A DNA stretch of 53,116 bases, filler included, from Barthelona sp. PAP020 (Eukaryota), in NCBI GenBank assembly GCA_040182905.1. It is 2 parts of 2 records of this genome, joined end to end, with 100 filler letters (N's around TTAATTAATTAA, not from the genome) between each part and the next. Parts side by side here need not be neighbours in the genome. Positions count along the whole stretch, not along the records: positions 1 to 26,544 come from JARQWU010000137.1; 1 more part is not named here. One strand, given 5' to 3'. The number at the start of each line of letters is the position of its first letter. The first letter of the stretch is position 1. This document shows, piece after piece, positions 10,202 through 20,847 of this stretch. The notes under the pieces are model-generated. The model did no database searches, had not been told where the DNA came from, and saw nothing but the letters and a program-made list of their open reading frames with translations. The position numbers and the translations under genes are program-made.

Positions 10202-12484
10202 CTAAACTAATCCATACCCTTCTGAATGTTCTAAAGCTTTCAACAATTTTTCTCTCAAAATATGTTTTGTTTCATAGGGGGGCAAACAGAATATGTTAAA
10301 ACACGTGTGAGAAGAAGGAAGATGGGATAAATCAACCTTATGCAATTGAATAATAAAATCAAGGTTCTTAAACCCACCAACAGGAACTCTATCACAACCT
10401 GTAGAAAAAAATAAAAATTTCTTTTGTTCTGAAATATTCAAGCTTTCTAATATGTCCCAAAACCATTCAATGATATCATCTGTGGGTGAATAACCTTTAT
10501 ATTTACAAGCAGTTTTGAGTTCACTTATGTTCCATTCTTGAACTCCACACATAATCAATTCCAATTCATCCCCATTAACAGCTTTGATATAAGGAAGTAC
10601 ATTATTTTCATCAATTACAAGGTCAAATACCCTCGAAAATCCCTTTTTTAACGCTTGAAATTCAACTTCAACAGATTTATTCATTACATAATCTGTGTAC
10701 AATCGAACATACTCCTCTTTATTATCCTTTGTGACAATGATGTTCTCACCATTTGGCTTTAAAGGCACATTAATTAATTCTCCAAATCTCATATATGAAT
10801 AGACAAAATACGTCATGAAAACTTCTTCTTCATTACCACCATCATAACTCAATAATTCTTGAAGGCCTTTATACATCTTTGGATTAATCTCTTTAAAATC
10901 AGAAACAAATGTTGGCAAACCACAGAGCTTTCTATAAAAGCATTTTGGGAATCCCAGATTTAACAAAGTGTTATTGTATATTGCTAAGCCTAAAACTACA
11001 CCAATCAATTCATACTCTAGCAAATTGTCAAGAGAATATTGAGAAATCCAATATTGACGAGTTTCTTCATTATAAACAAACATACCATATTCAGGTCTAA
11101 ATAGATCACGACAAATCAATTGAAAAAATTCTTTTGTCAGACCACCTTCATCTCTACCAGGTTCTCCAATAAATTCAACTTGCAAATGAGCTTTAAGATT
11201 GATTTTTTGTGGCATTAACTGATTTAAAGCATCAGAAACAACGTTATTTCTTCGAACACGAATTTTAAGATTAACTGGAATTAACATGGTACCAAAATAG
11301 CCATTTCTTCTTATTGTACCTGCAATATGTTGAATAATTTCACTTTCTAACTTAATTTTACGATGTTTAATCAAAGGATTAAAAAAAAATGGATATTTGC
11401 TGAAACAAAATCTTTGAAAATTCTCAACACGATCAATGATGAAACATTTATGATCTCCATCTCCATTAAAATCCTTACTATTTAATACATCGATATAAAA
11501 TTCAGAATATGGTACTTTATAAAATGGCTTATCTATAATAGAATCCATATAGTTATAAAATTGCTTAGAATAAACCCTTTTTGAACCATTAAATAAGATA
11601 AGATCATTGTTATCAAATAATACCGATTCAAAACCATTAGCAAAATAAAATAATTTAAAAATATGGTTAAAATCGTTCATTAGATTAATGGTAGCAAAAA
11701 ATTTCTCATCTTTAGATAAATTAAAAGAAGATTCTCCTTGAGTTCTAGCAATATAATTTAAATCACTAAGATTTTCAAGAATTAATATGTTCAATAGGTT
11801 TTTCAATCCATTTAATGCTTTGGAAAACATTTCATTTGGTACAAAACATAACCAACCAACAAAAATTTGTTGATTAGTTTTGGATAATTTTGAAATCAAA
11901 CGTAAGATAAACTGAATATTTTGATATAAACCAGCATCAGACGATAATAAAAATAAAATTGAACAAAATAACATCCTTAAAAATATTGGAGTAATTTCAT
12001 ATAAGACATCAGAAATGAAATTTTGAACGTTTTCAAAAATTTCCTCAATTTGTTGAACATACCCTAAATCAACAACCTCTTTAAAATAATGAATGGCTTT
12101 TTCAAACTTTTCAAAATTAAGATTGGGATTCAATATCGTTGGGGTTCCAATCGACAAACTCTCAATAAATTCTTCAAAATTTATCAATTGTGGTATGTAA
12201 AAATCTCTAAAAAAAAGTTCTTTATCAATATGATTATATTTTAATTCATAATTAATAATCTGATTGTCATCAATTTGATGGTTATTTTTTAAAATAAAAT
12301 TAGAGCACAAATTGCTTTCATTCTCTGCTAATTTAATAGCTAATAATGTCAATTCTTTCAAATTATTTGTTTTGATTTGTCCAGAATTTCTGCAAAATGG
12401 ATTTTGACAATCAATATTCGAACAACCTTCTTTTAATTGATGAAAATATTCTCTTAATAGATTATTTAAATTATTATTAGACAT
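10202..12484 (-). CDS. HECT E3 ubiquitin ligase with N-terminal AZUL zinc finger (UBE3A-like)
   Basis: YFHQLKEGCSNIDCQNPFC (AZUL); VEFIGEPGRDEGGLTKEFF, FSTGCDRVPVGG, LPSSHTCFN (catalytic Cys), EGYGLV. Confidence 0.92.
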   Translation of the reverse strand: MSNNNLNNLLREYFHQLKEGCSNIDCQNPFCRNSGQIKTNNLKELTLLAIKLAENESNLCSNFILKNNHQIDDNQIINYELKYNHIDKELFFRDFYIPQLINFEEFIESLSIGTPTILNPNLNFEKFEKAIHYFKEVVDLGYVQQIEEIFENVQNFISDVLYEITPIFLRMLFCSILFLLSSDAGLYQNIQFILRLISKLSKTNQQIFVGWLCFVPNEMFSKALNGLKNLLNILILENLSDLNYIARTQGESSFNLSKDEKFFATINLMNDFNHIFKLFYFANGFESVLFDNNDLILFNGSKRVYSKQFYNYMDSIIDKPFYKVPYSEFYIDVLNSKDFNGDGDHKCFIIDRVENFQRFCFSKYPFFFNPLIKHRKIKLESEIIQHIAGTIRRNGYFGTMLIPVNLKIRVRRNNVVSDALNQLMPQKINLKAHLQVEFIGEPGRDEGGLTKEFFQLICRDLFRPEYGMFVYNEETRQYWISQYSLDNLLEYELIGVVLGLAIYNNTLLNLGFPKCFYRKLCGLPTFVSDFKEINPKMYKGLQELLSYDGGNEEEVFMTYFVYSYMRFGELINVPLKPNGENIIVTKDNKEEYVRLYTDYVMNKSVEVEFQALKKGFSRVFDLVIDENNVLPYIKAVNGDELELIMCGVQEWNISELKTACKYKGYSPTDDIIEWFWDILESLNISEQKKFLFFSTGCDRVPVGGFKNLDFIIQLHKVDLSHLPSSHTCFNIFCLPPYETKHILREKLLKALEHSEGYGLV

Positions 12485-12789
12485 TCAATATCAATGAAGG
12501 AAAAAAACAAAAAGCTCCAACTTGTTTTCTATTTTTTACACTTGCTAAATTTTTATTTATAAATTCAACACACGTCATTTCTCTAAAAAACTTGATGATA
12601 TTGCAAAATAATGGTGGTTCTAGAAATTCTTGATAATGGTCATCACACACTCAAAACTAATTTTTGTTCACAGAATTTAATTTTATTAATTTTTATCTTT
12701 TTAATTGATCAATTTAATGGTTAAATTAAACTGTCCCAATTCAATAAAAATATAAGTAAAAATTCAACTTTACTTCATTTTCCTTTTTA

Positions 12790-13410
12790 ATGAATTCCAA
12801 CTTGTTACCAACCGATACATTTGAATCAAATCAAACATATTTTATTACTGTATGGAGAAGAACACCAATGATCGTTTCTGAATCTTGTCAATGTGTATGT
12901 TTAGATGATTTTTCGAATAATATTTCATTGAATTCAATTTCAACTTCAAATGGAGTATTGTGGAAAGTTATTCCAACAGATAAAGATGATGGATACTATT
13001 ATTTGGGTTGTCAAGATTCAAAAAAATCTGTAATAATGTATATTACTGAACATTTAGAGGCAGTAATGGATAAAAATGAAGCTGCGGCATTTATTTTTGC
13101 GCCATATGTTCCATTTAGAGGTAGACCAGGTGAAATAGCAATTAAAATTCTGTTCAATGAAAAAATTTTGGTTTCTTTACCAAAAGAAAACATTATAAAG
13201 TTTATTAATAAAAATGAAACTGATGAGAGAGATGAAAATAATGTGTACAAATATAATATTGCATGGGAATTAAGTCCTTTTGATGAGCTTTCTGTTCAAG
13301 ACCCTGAAGAAGAAGCAGATTTATACGAGTTGAATAATGATGATCTTCAACATTTTGATCAAGATTTAGACTTGTTGGAAAAAAAAATTACCAACCAAAA
13401 TAATTTATGA
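12790..13410 (+). CDS. hypothetical protein with acidic C-terminus
   Basis: 206-aa ATG ORF; beta-rich-looking N-terminal part; no confident family. Confidence 0.6.
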   Translation: MNSNLLPTDTFESNQTYFITVWRRTPMIVSESCQCVCLDDFSNNISLNSISTSNGVLWKVIPTDKDDGYYYLGCQDSKKSVIMYITEHLEAVMDKNEAAAFIFAPYVPFRGRPGEIAIKILFNEKILVSLPKENIIKFINKNETDERDENNVYKYNIAWELSPFDELSVQDPEEEADLYELNNDDLQHFDQDLDLLEKKITNQNNL

Positions 13411-14117
13411 AAGTAAAATAAAAATAAATAAAAATAAATAAAATAAAAAAAAATTTTTTTCATTTGTTTTGGTTGAATGCCAATTTTAAACTTGGTAGAT
13501 CATAGATTATATGTTATGTTCTATATATGCTTACGTGTGTGAAGGTGGATGTTCTTTATTATTCTTTATTCTGTTGGATTTAAAATGAAGGGAATTTTCA
13601 ACCCACATACGAAAGTAAAATTCAATAATTTTTTTTTTTTCAGTTTCTTGTTGTCTTTCTTTGCTTTCAAATGATACAGTTGTGAAACAACTATATTTAT
13701 TTACATAAAGTAAACTCAGAAAACCCATTCTAGCAAATTTCAGTCAAAATCCCAGAGAGTTGAATGACTGAAATTTAATTTTATCGATCAAAATTGAAAA
13801 TTTTTGCAAAACCCAAATTTTCAAGTTCTTTGCTTCAGAAAATCTGAAGTTTTTCAACAGATTAAGGGGGCCTCGAAAGTCTTCAACCAAAAACACATAA
13901 TTCTTTTTTATTCACTCATTCGCACAGTGCTTCATGGCATGGAAATAATTGACGAAAAAGCAAACTGAGAAAATTCAGTTTTGCAAAGATCAGCAAAAAA
14001 GAAATTAACAAATGCAATTGACAATTCCTCCATTTAAAAAACTTTCAAAATTTAAATACTGGAACAGCAAATAAACATAGAAAAATAAATAAAGGCTCAT
14101 TAATTATAATTTATGGT

Positions 14118-15060
<943 letters not shown>

Positions 15061-15299
15061 AATATCTTTTTTGATTTTATATTTTTGAAACTTTTTTGTG
15101 AATAATTTCATTTTTAAACAAAATCATTTTGTTCAATAAATGTCTCTTGAAAGAAAATCTTTTTTATTCCAGTATAAAGTTTGAAAAACTTGAAGCTGTA
15201 ACATCAACTGAATTCATATTGACAAGTTAACATTTCTCTGTATGTATAAAGAAGTATTTGAAAAGGAAAAAATTAATATACAACATTTACAAATGTGTC

Positions 15300-16652
15300 C
15301 TAATCATCGATTTCGTCTAATATTAATTGAATACGCGAAAGAATATGATTTACATGTCTATTTTCAGTTTTCAACGCAATTCCAACAAAGAATTCAATAA
15401 CCTTTACATCATAATCCAATAATTTAAAAGCTTTTTCAAAATTTGTTGGATCATTAATAGATAAGCGGAAAATAGTATTGTATGTGTCCTTTACAAAAGT
15501 TCGGTTGTTTAAAGGTACAATTTCAAAAGGTAAAACGCAATTTAAAAATTTGGCCAGAACTTTGACAAGCAAAGAAGTTAAACCAATGGCAGTTTCACAA
15601 TTTTGAATGTATATGTGTGATGAACTATTTGAAAAACCCTTAATAGTTGGTAAATGAAAACCATTTATTTCAGGTGATGCTTTACCATTGCTAATTTCAA
15701 AAACGGAACGCAAAATGGAAATTCTTTGCTTAAACTTTTGTGAAATTTCATTTCGCAAAAAATTTAGATCCTTTTCAGCAAATGGAACAATATTAACTTT
15801 CTTTTCTCTATATTTAGCAAATCTATTTACAGCTTCCTCTAAATCACAAGAATTATCTATTTTTAATGTGTTAATAGTCTCGATTATGATCGAAATTTCT
15901 TCAATGATCTGTCGTTTCATCTTTCTTTGTGTTTTACAACGTTTTTGAAGTTTTTGAAGCTCCAATTTATGTAAATCAACGTTATTTTGTGTGACCGATT
16001 TAAGTAAATCAGTTAATAATTGAGATTCTTTCATTCGTTTTTCCCTTAAAGCCTTTCTTTTCGATAACATACCTTTCATGATGTAACTTTGTCTATTTAA
16101 TGTGTCAAATGTAATATCATGCTCAATAACTCGTTCATTTGCTCCATTGTAAAACAAATTTGCATATTTTTCTTCTTCTAAAAAAACAGATGCAGGTTGA
16201 TTGTCATGTAACAACAAGTGAAATTCATTTTTGTCATTCTTCAATAATAATGTGTTTGAAAATTGTGAATAAAAAGTTTCATCAATTTTCATACAATTGG
16301 AAAAATTAATGTTGCTGTTGAAAAAACGTTTTATTTTATTTGTTGTTTTGTCATAAAAATAAATCATTAATTCAACATCTTGTGCATATAGAAATTGATT
16401 TATATTGTGTGGAAAAATGATACTACTCATTAAATTAATGGAAAAATTTGATTTCAATTCAAAACTTTTACTGTATATCAAATCATCATTATTTCTTATA
16501 AAATTATCTAATTGACAATAATCTGTAAAATTATAAGAATTGTAATTCTTATAAATGATTATGATACCTTCTAAATATTCTTTAAATCCATTCAATCGTC
16601 TAAAACATATGGATTTCACATCTTTCAATACATATATTCTCCCAATCTTCAT
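15300..16652 (-). CDS. UVRAG: UVRAG/Vps38/Atg14-family PI3KC3 subunit
   Basis: Coiled coil followed by INGFHLP, TAIGLTSLLVKVLAKFLNCVLPFEI and FEKAFKLLDYDV (BARA2-like). First ATG at 16652. Confidence 0.7.
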   Translation of the reverse strand: MKIGRIYVLKDVKSICFRRLNGFKEYLEGIIIIYKNYNSYNFTDYCQLDNFIRNNDDLIYSKSFELKSNFSINLMSSIIFPHNINQFLYAQDVELMIYFYDKTTNKIKRFFNSNINFSNCMKIDETFYSQFSNTLLLKNDKNEFHLLLHDNQPASVFLEEEKYANLFYNGANERVIEHDITFDTLNRQSYIMKGMLSKRKALREKRMKESQLLTDLLKSVTQNNVDLHKLELQKLQKRCKTQRKMKRQIIEEISIIIETINTLKIDNSCDLEEAVNRFAKYREKKVNIVPFAEKDLNFLRNEISQKFKQRISILRSVFEISNGKASPEINGFHLPTIKGFSNSSSHIYIQNCETAIGLTSLLVKVLAKFLNCVLPFEIVPLNNRTFVKDTYNTIFRLSINDPTNFEKAFKLLDYDVKVIEFFVGIALKTENRHVNHILSRIQLILDEIDD

Positions 16653-16742
16653 GGAGAAATGATGTGAAAAAAATATATTATCACCAAACAAAATTTTTTT
16701 ATTATTATTTTATTCATCAAATCTTGAATTTGATCTTTTGAA

Positions 16743-17162
16743 GTGAAAAAAAAAGTCGACAATCATACAAAGAAACAATTTAAAAAAATCCATGACAAAG
16801 TCTCTTTATTCGGTTACGATAAATTGGGTGATCATGATAAAATTGCATTTGAGGAAAAAAGAAAAGAATTATTAGGATTTAAATCCAAAAAGAAAAATAC
16901 TATCCCTTGGCAAATTAAAAACAGTATCAATCGACATAAAAGAAAGAAAATCGAAAGAAAATTAGAAAATACTGAAACTAAACACAGTGTTCATCATCAT
17001 CAATTAAAACAAGAATTGAAGAAATATAAGGGTCAACGTTCCAGAGATCGTGTCAGAGATCGTGGTTTGAGAATGACCACAAACAACGTTGGTACGTACA
17101 GTCAGAAGGGTGTTCTTCATCTTAGTGATGACTTTTTAAAAAGTGTCGGGAAAAAGAAATAA
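16743..17162 (+). CDS. basic protein, DUF4602/C1orf131 (FSAF1/Faf1)-like 40S assembly factor; GTG start
   Basis: LLGFKSKKKNTIPWQ and VGTYSQKGVLHLS resemble the family motifs (LG.K..K...Y; VG.F.NG.L.LS); very Lys/Arg-rich. Confidence 0.6.
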   Translation: MKKKVDNHTKKQFKKIHDKVSLFGYDKLGDHDKIAFEEKRKELLGFKSKKKNTIPWQIKNSINRHKRKKIERKLENTETKHSVHHHQLKQELKKYKGQRSRDRVRDRGLRMTTNNVGTYSQKGVLHLSDDFLKSVGKKK

Positions 17163-17787
17163 CTCATCACAGTAAATTTATCTTAGTCATTTTTTTTTCT
17201 ATATTTCCATATAGACAAGGGTTAAACATAGGCTTTTTGATAAATAAAACCAAACAGCATTTATTTAAAAAAAAACTGAAGAGTTTTTTCTGTTGGACAA
17301 TTCTTTGTTTTTCAAAAGAAATACATGATTTAAGATGGTGAAATCTGAACTTTTGTAACCACATTTAATGTTCAATAGCTTAAGTTGGCAATGTGGTGTT
17401 TCTTTCACTTAAAAAGAAGGAAAGAGAGTGCTTCAAACATTTGTATCAACAGAGTCTCAAAGAAAATTCCTATAAGTATAAGCAACGGTAATAATAATGA
17501 TATAAGGACAATGGAGTCAAGACGTTATGAGTTTAGACTTCAAAAGAAGTGAAGGTTTATGATTGTGCTCAAACATATAGATACAAAATAGTAGGAAAAT
17601 AGATATCAACCAAATTTAGTGATAAGTTACTCGTTTAGTTGAAAATAGACATATTTCTTTGATTTGTTCTTTCTCTTTAAAAATGAGACAATTTGTTTCA
17701 CAACGCACCCAATTTTTTTCAAGAATTAAATCTTGAGTTTTTAAAACACTTTTCAACCTTACAAACTCAAAAAAAAGAAAAGAATTT

Positions 17788-20700
17788 TTATAAATCAAGT
17801 TTAGTACCTTGAATTGAATTGAACAAAGGAATTTGAACATATCCAGCATTATCATTTAATCGATGAGATATTTCAAAACATTGAAATTTTGCTTGATGTA
17901 AATATTTTTTAAGTAATTTTTTCATTATTTTTTGATTTTCTTCATCCAAATCTGCGTCGATTTCATCCAATAAAATCAAAGGTGGTTTAGTTTCAATTAA
18001 TAGAGCAATAAAGATTGATAATCCAACGATAGTTTTTTGTCCACCTGATAAACGATTCAAATTCACTTTCACATTATTTAAATGGCAAACCAGTTCAATT
18101 CCAGTAGTACTTGTTGATTTGTCAGGATTTTGTTCATCATTATTGTTTTGATTGACTTGAATCAATTTGAAATTCAAACACATAGTTGGAAAAACTTCTT
18201 GAATGATTTCATTTGCCAAAATGGTGGCATTATTCATAATATTTGCTAAAAATCCATCAATATTTTCATTAGCATTGATTATTGAATATATTTCTTCAAT
18301 TTGAAGATTCAACTTTTCAAAATCACAGTTGAGTTCACTCTGTTCTGCTAATAATTGTTCTTCTTTATGATTTAATTCATAAATTGATCCTAAACGATGT
18401 AGATCTCTTTCAAATTTTCCTTTATTCAAAATGATTTTCTTTAATTCTTGTTCAATTTCTTTAATGATTCCAAATTCTTTTATTTCATTAGCAATTTTAC
18501 CATTTTTACTTGATTTTTTAATATTCAACTTTTGTTCAATCAAAATACTCTTAAATTCATTGATTTCTTTGCTATTCTTTTTGTTTCTTTCCATTTCAAT
18601 CAAAATAGAATTTAAATTTTCAGCAATTATTTCCTCACTTTCTAATAATTCCAATTCTTTTGATATATTTTGAAATTCATTAGTTATTTCAACATATTCT
18701 TCTACAACTTGAATTTGTTTTTCAATTCTTTTCAATTCAATATGATTTCGTTCATTTAATTCAGGAGTAAGTTTCATCTTTTCTTGTTCTGCTATCAAAC
18801 TTCCTTCATCAATTTCTGTTTCATTCATTTCTAACTTAATTCTAGCATTGTCTAAGAAATTAATAACTCTTGTTCTTTCATTTATCAATAAAAAACGCTC
18901 TTTATTCAATTTTAATGTTGAAATTTCCTTTTTTAATTCAATAATACGTTTTTGACTTTCACAGACTTTATTTTGCTGAATCTTTTCAAATAAAATTTTT
19001 ACATCTGTTTTTTGTGCCAAAATCCTTAAAGTTGTTTTAGTATGTAACTTATTTCCACTCAACAGTTGAATATTTGGCATATACTGTAATACATTTTCAA
19101 TAACTTTTGTGGCACATTCATCAATATCAAGTATAAATATACTTTGAGTTTGGATTAAAACATATAATAGAGAAACTAAATTTCCTTTTAAATATTGTAT
19201 TGGATGTTTCAATAAAATTTTACAATGTTTTTGAACATTTTCAATAATTTTCGTAATTTTTTGAAATAATCTATCGAATGACGTTTTTATATTTTCGATA
19301 AAATCGTTTTGAACTTCAAGAATTCTCAAAGAAATTCTATTTTTGGAATTTAAAAAAGAAATACAATTTTTAGCATTTTGTTCCTTTTCAAATACCATTA
19401 CTCTTAAATCAGGTAAAATATACTTCATACTAGTAGAAATAGTAATATTTTCTAAAATATTATCAATGAATTCAATACTATTCAGTACATAGATACCTTT
19501 TTCATTTTCAAATTGTTCAATGTTTGGAAAATAAAGATTTTCCAAGATATTTATCCTATTTTGCTTATCGTTATAATGATTATTCATATACATACTTAAA
19601 TCATGTAATTCTTTTTGTTTATCTAATAAAGAATCTTCAGATAATTCAATATCATAATCTGTCATATCATTAACATTAAAATTAGAAATATTCAATTCAT
19701 TTGCTCGCATATTCAACATTTTCAATCGAGATTCCAAATTTTTAACTTTTTCCTTTCTTTTTTTTGTATTGTCATCTTTTTTTTCGTTTACCAAGGAAAT
19801 ATCTTTATTCTCAATATCATTCGTTAATTCTTCATATTGTTCAAACAATTCGTCCCTAAAATTAAAAAATTCCACTTTATTCTCTAAATTAAATCCAAAA
19901 TCTATCGAAATTTTCAACTTTCTTTTTGCTAAAAACTTTAATCTATTTTCATATTTCTGTAACTTTTTCAATAGCAATTGTTGTTCATTCTTTTTTAATT
20001 CAAACTCATTTAATTCCTCTAATAATTTTCTTTCTTTTATTTGCAACAATTCAAATTCTTTATCAATAACATCAATTTCATTTTCAAATGAATTTTGTTG
20101 CTGTTTTATTTTTTCATCAACTTTTTCTTCCAATAATTGTTTCCTTTCCTTTAATTTCTCCAGTTCTTCAATAATTTCACCTAAACATCGTTCTAAACTA
20201 TTCTTCTGATCAATGATCTTTTTATTCGTATTCAAAATACCATTGATTTGTTTTATTTTGGAAAAGAATGGCATCATAAATGATAATTCACTTCTCAAAC
20301 CTAAAATGTTGTGGGTAGTATTGTCATAATACTCATTAAATTGATAAATACCACAAGATTTTATGAATAATTCATACATTGCTTCAAAAGAAAAAAGAGA
20401 AATCTTGGCAACATATCCTTGTCGAACATATGAAAAATTTTCACGCACATTCAAATTATATACTGATAAATATCGTAAATATTTATTGAGAGATCGTTTT
20501 TTTCCATCAATATAATAATTGGGGGAAGAATTTCTTTGAAAATTAAACTCTAGACTCACATTATTTGATAATATAACAAAAATCTTAATATGTTCAGTCT
20601 CATAAGAAGGTGAAGAATGTATCACATCATTCCATTTTTGACTTCTTATCATTTGTAATGAACCTCCAAAAATTACACATAATGCATCCAAAAAATTCGA

Positions 20701-20814
20701 TTTTCCTGAACCATTGGGTCCAACAATTAAATATGGAATATTATTCAAACAATCAATGTCTAATTTTTTAATGCTTTTAAAATTTTCAATGGTTAATTGG
20801 GAAACATGAATCAT
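17788..20814 (-). CDS. divergent SMC-family ATPase
   Basis: IENFKS, Walker A GPNGSGKSN, Q-loop VRQG, coiled coils, hinge-like segment, signature LSGGQK, Walker B/D-loop LLDEIDADLD, ISHR. Confidence 0.88.
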   Translation of the reverse strand: MIHVSQLTIENFKSIKKLDIDCLNNIPYLIVGPNGSGKSNFLDALCVIFGGSLQMIRSQKWNDVIHSSPSYETEHIKIFVILSNNVSLEFNFQRNSSPNYYIDGKKRSLNKYLRYLSVYNLNVRENFSYVRQGYVAKISLFSFEAMYELFIKSCGIYQFNEYYDNTTHNILGLRSELSFMMPFFSKIKQINGILNTNKKIIDQKNSLERCLGEIIEELEKLKERKQLLEEKVDEKIKQQQNSFENEIDVIDKEFELLQIKERKLLEELNEFELKKNEQQLLLKKLQKYENRLKFLAKRKLKISIDFGFNLENKVEFFNFRDELFEQYEELTNDIENKDISLVNEKKDDNTKKRKEKVKNLESRLKMLNMRANELNISNFNVNDMTDYDIELSEDSLLDKQKELHDLSMYMNNHYNDKQNRINILENLYFPNIEQFENEKGIYVLNSIEFIDNILENITISTSMKYILPDLRVMVFEKEQNAKNCISFLNSKNRISLRILEVQNDFIENIKTSFDRLFQKITKIIENVQKHCKILLKHPIQYLKGNLVSLLYVLIQTQSIFILDIDECATKVIENVLQYMPNIQLLSGNKLHTKTTLRILAQKTDVKILFEKIQQNKVCESQKRIIELKKEISTLKLNKERFLLINERTRVINFLDNARIKLEMNETEIDEGSLIAEQEKMKLTPELNERNHIELKRIEKQIQVVEEYVEITNEFQNISKELELLESEEIIAENLNSILIEMERNKKNSKEINEFKSILIEQKLNIKKSSKNGKIANEIKEFGIIKEIEQELKKIILNKGKFERDLHRLGSIYELNHKEEQLLAEQSELNCDFEKLNLQIEEIYSIINANENIDGFLANIMNNATILANEIIQEVFPTMCLNFKLIQVNQNNNDEQNPDKSTSTTGIELVCHLNNVKVNLNRLSGGQKTIVGLSIFIALLIETKPPLILLDEIDADLDEENQKIMKKLLKKYLHQAKFQCFEISHRLNDNAGYVQIPLFNSIQGTKLDL

Positions 20815-20847
20815 TCACAATATTATTAGAAAAAATTTTGACAGATC

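Noticed and set aside
13411..13453. (AAAAT/AAAT)n run
   Set aside because: Low-complexity 3' UTR sequence, common in AT-rich genomes.
13535..14000. Group II intron (GTGTG 5' end plus stems)
   Set aside because: No domain V (AGC triad/GNRA helix) was recognised, and the element does not interrupt a gene.
19769..20209. 146-aa + strand ORF and similar short antisense ORFs (e.g. 18431, 33151, 35547, 47393)
   Set aside because: Phe/Ser-rich shadows of Lys/Glu-rich genes on the opposite strand.
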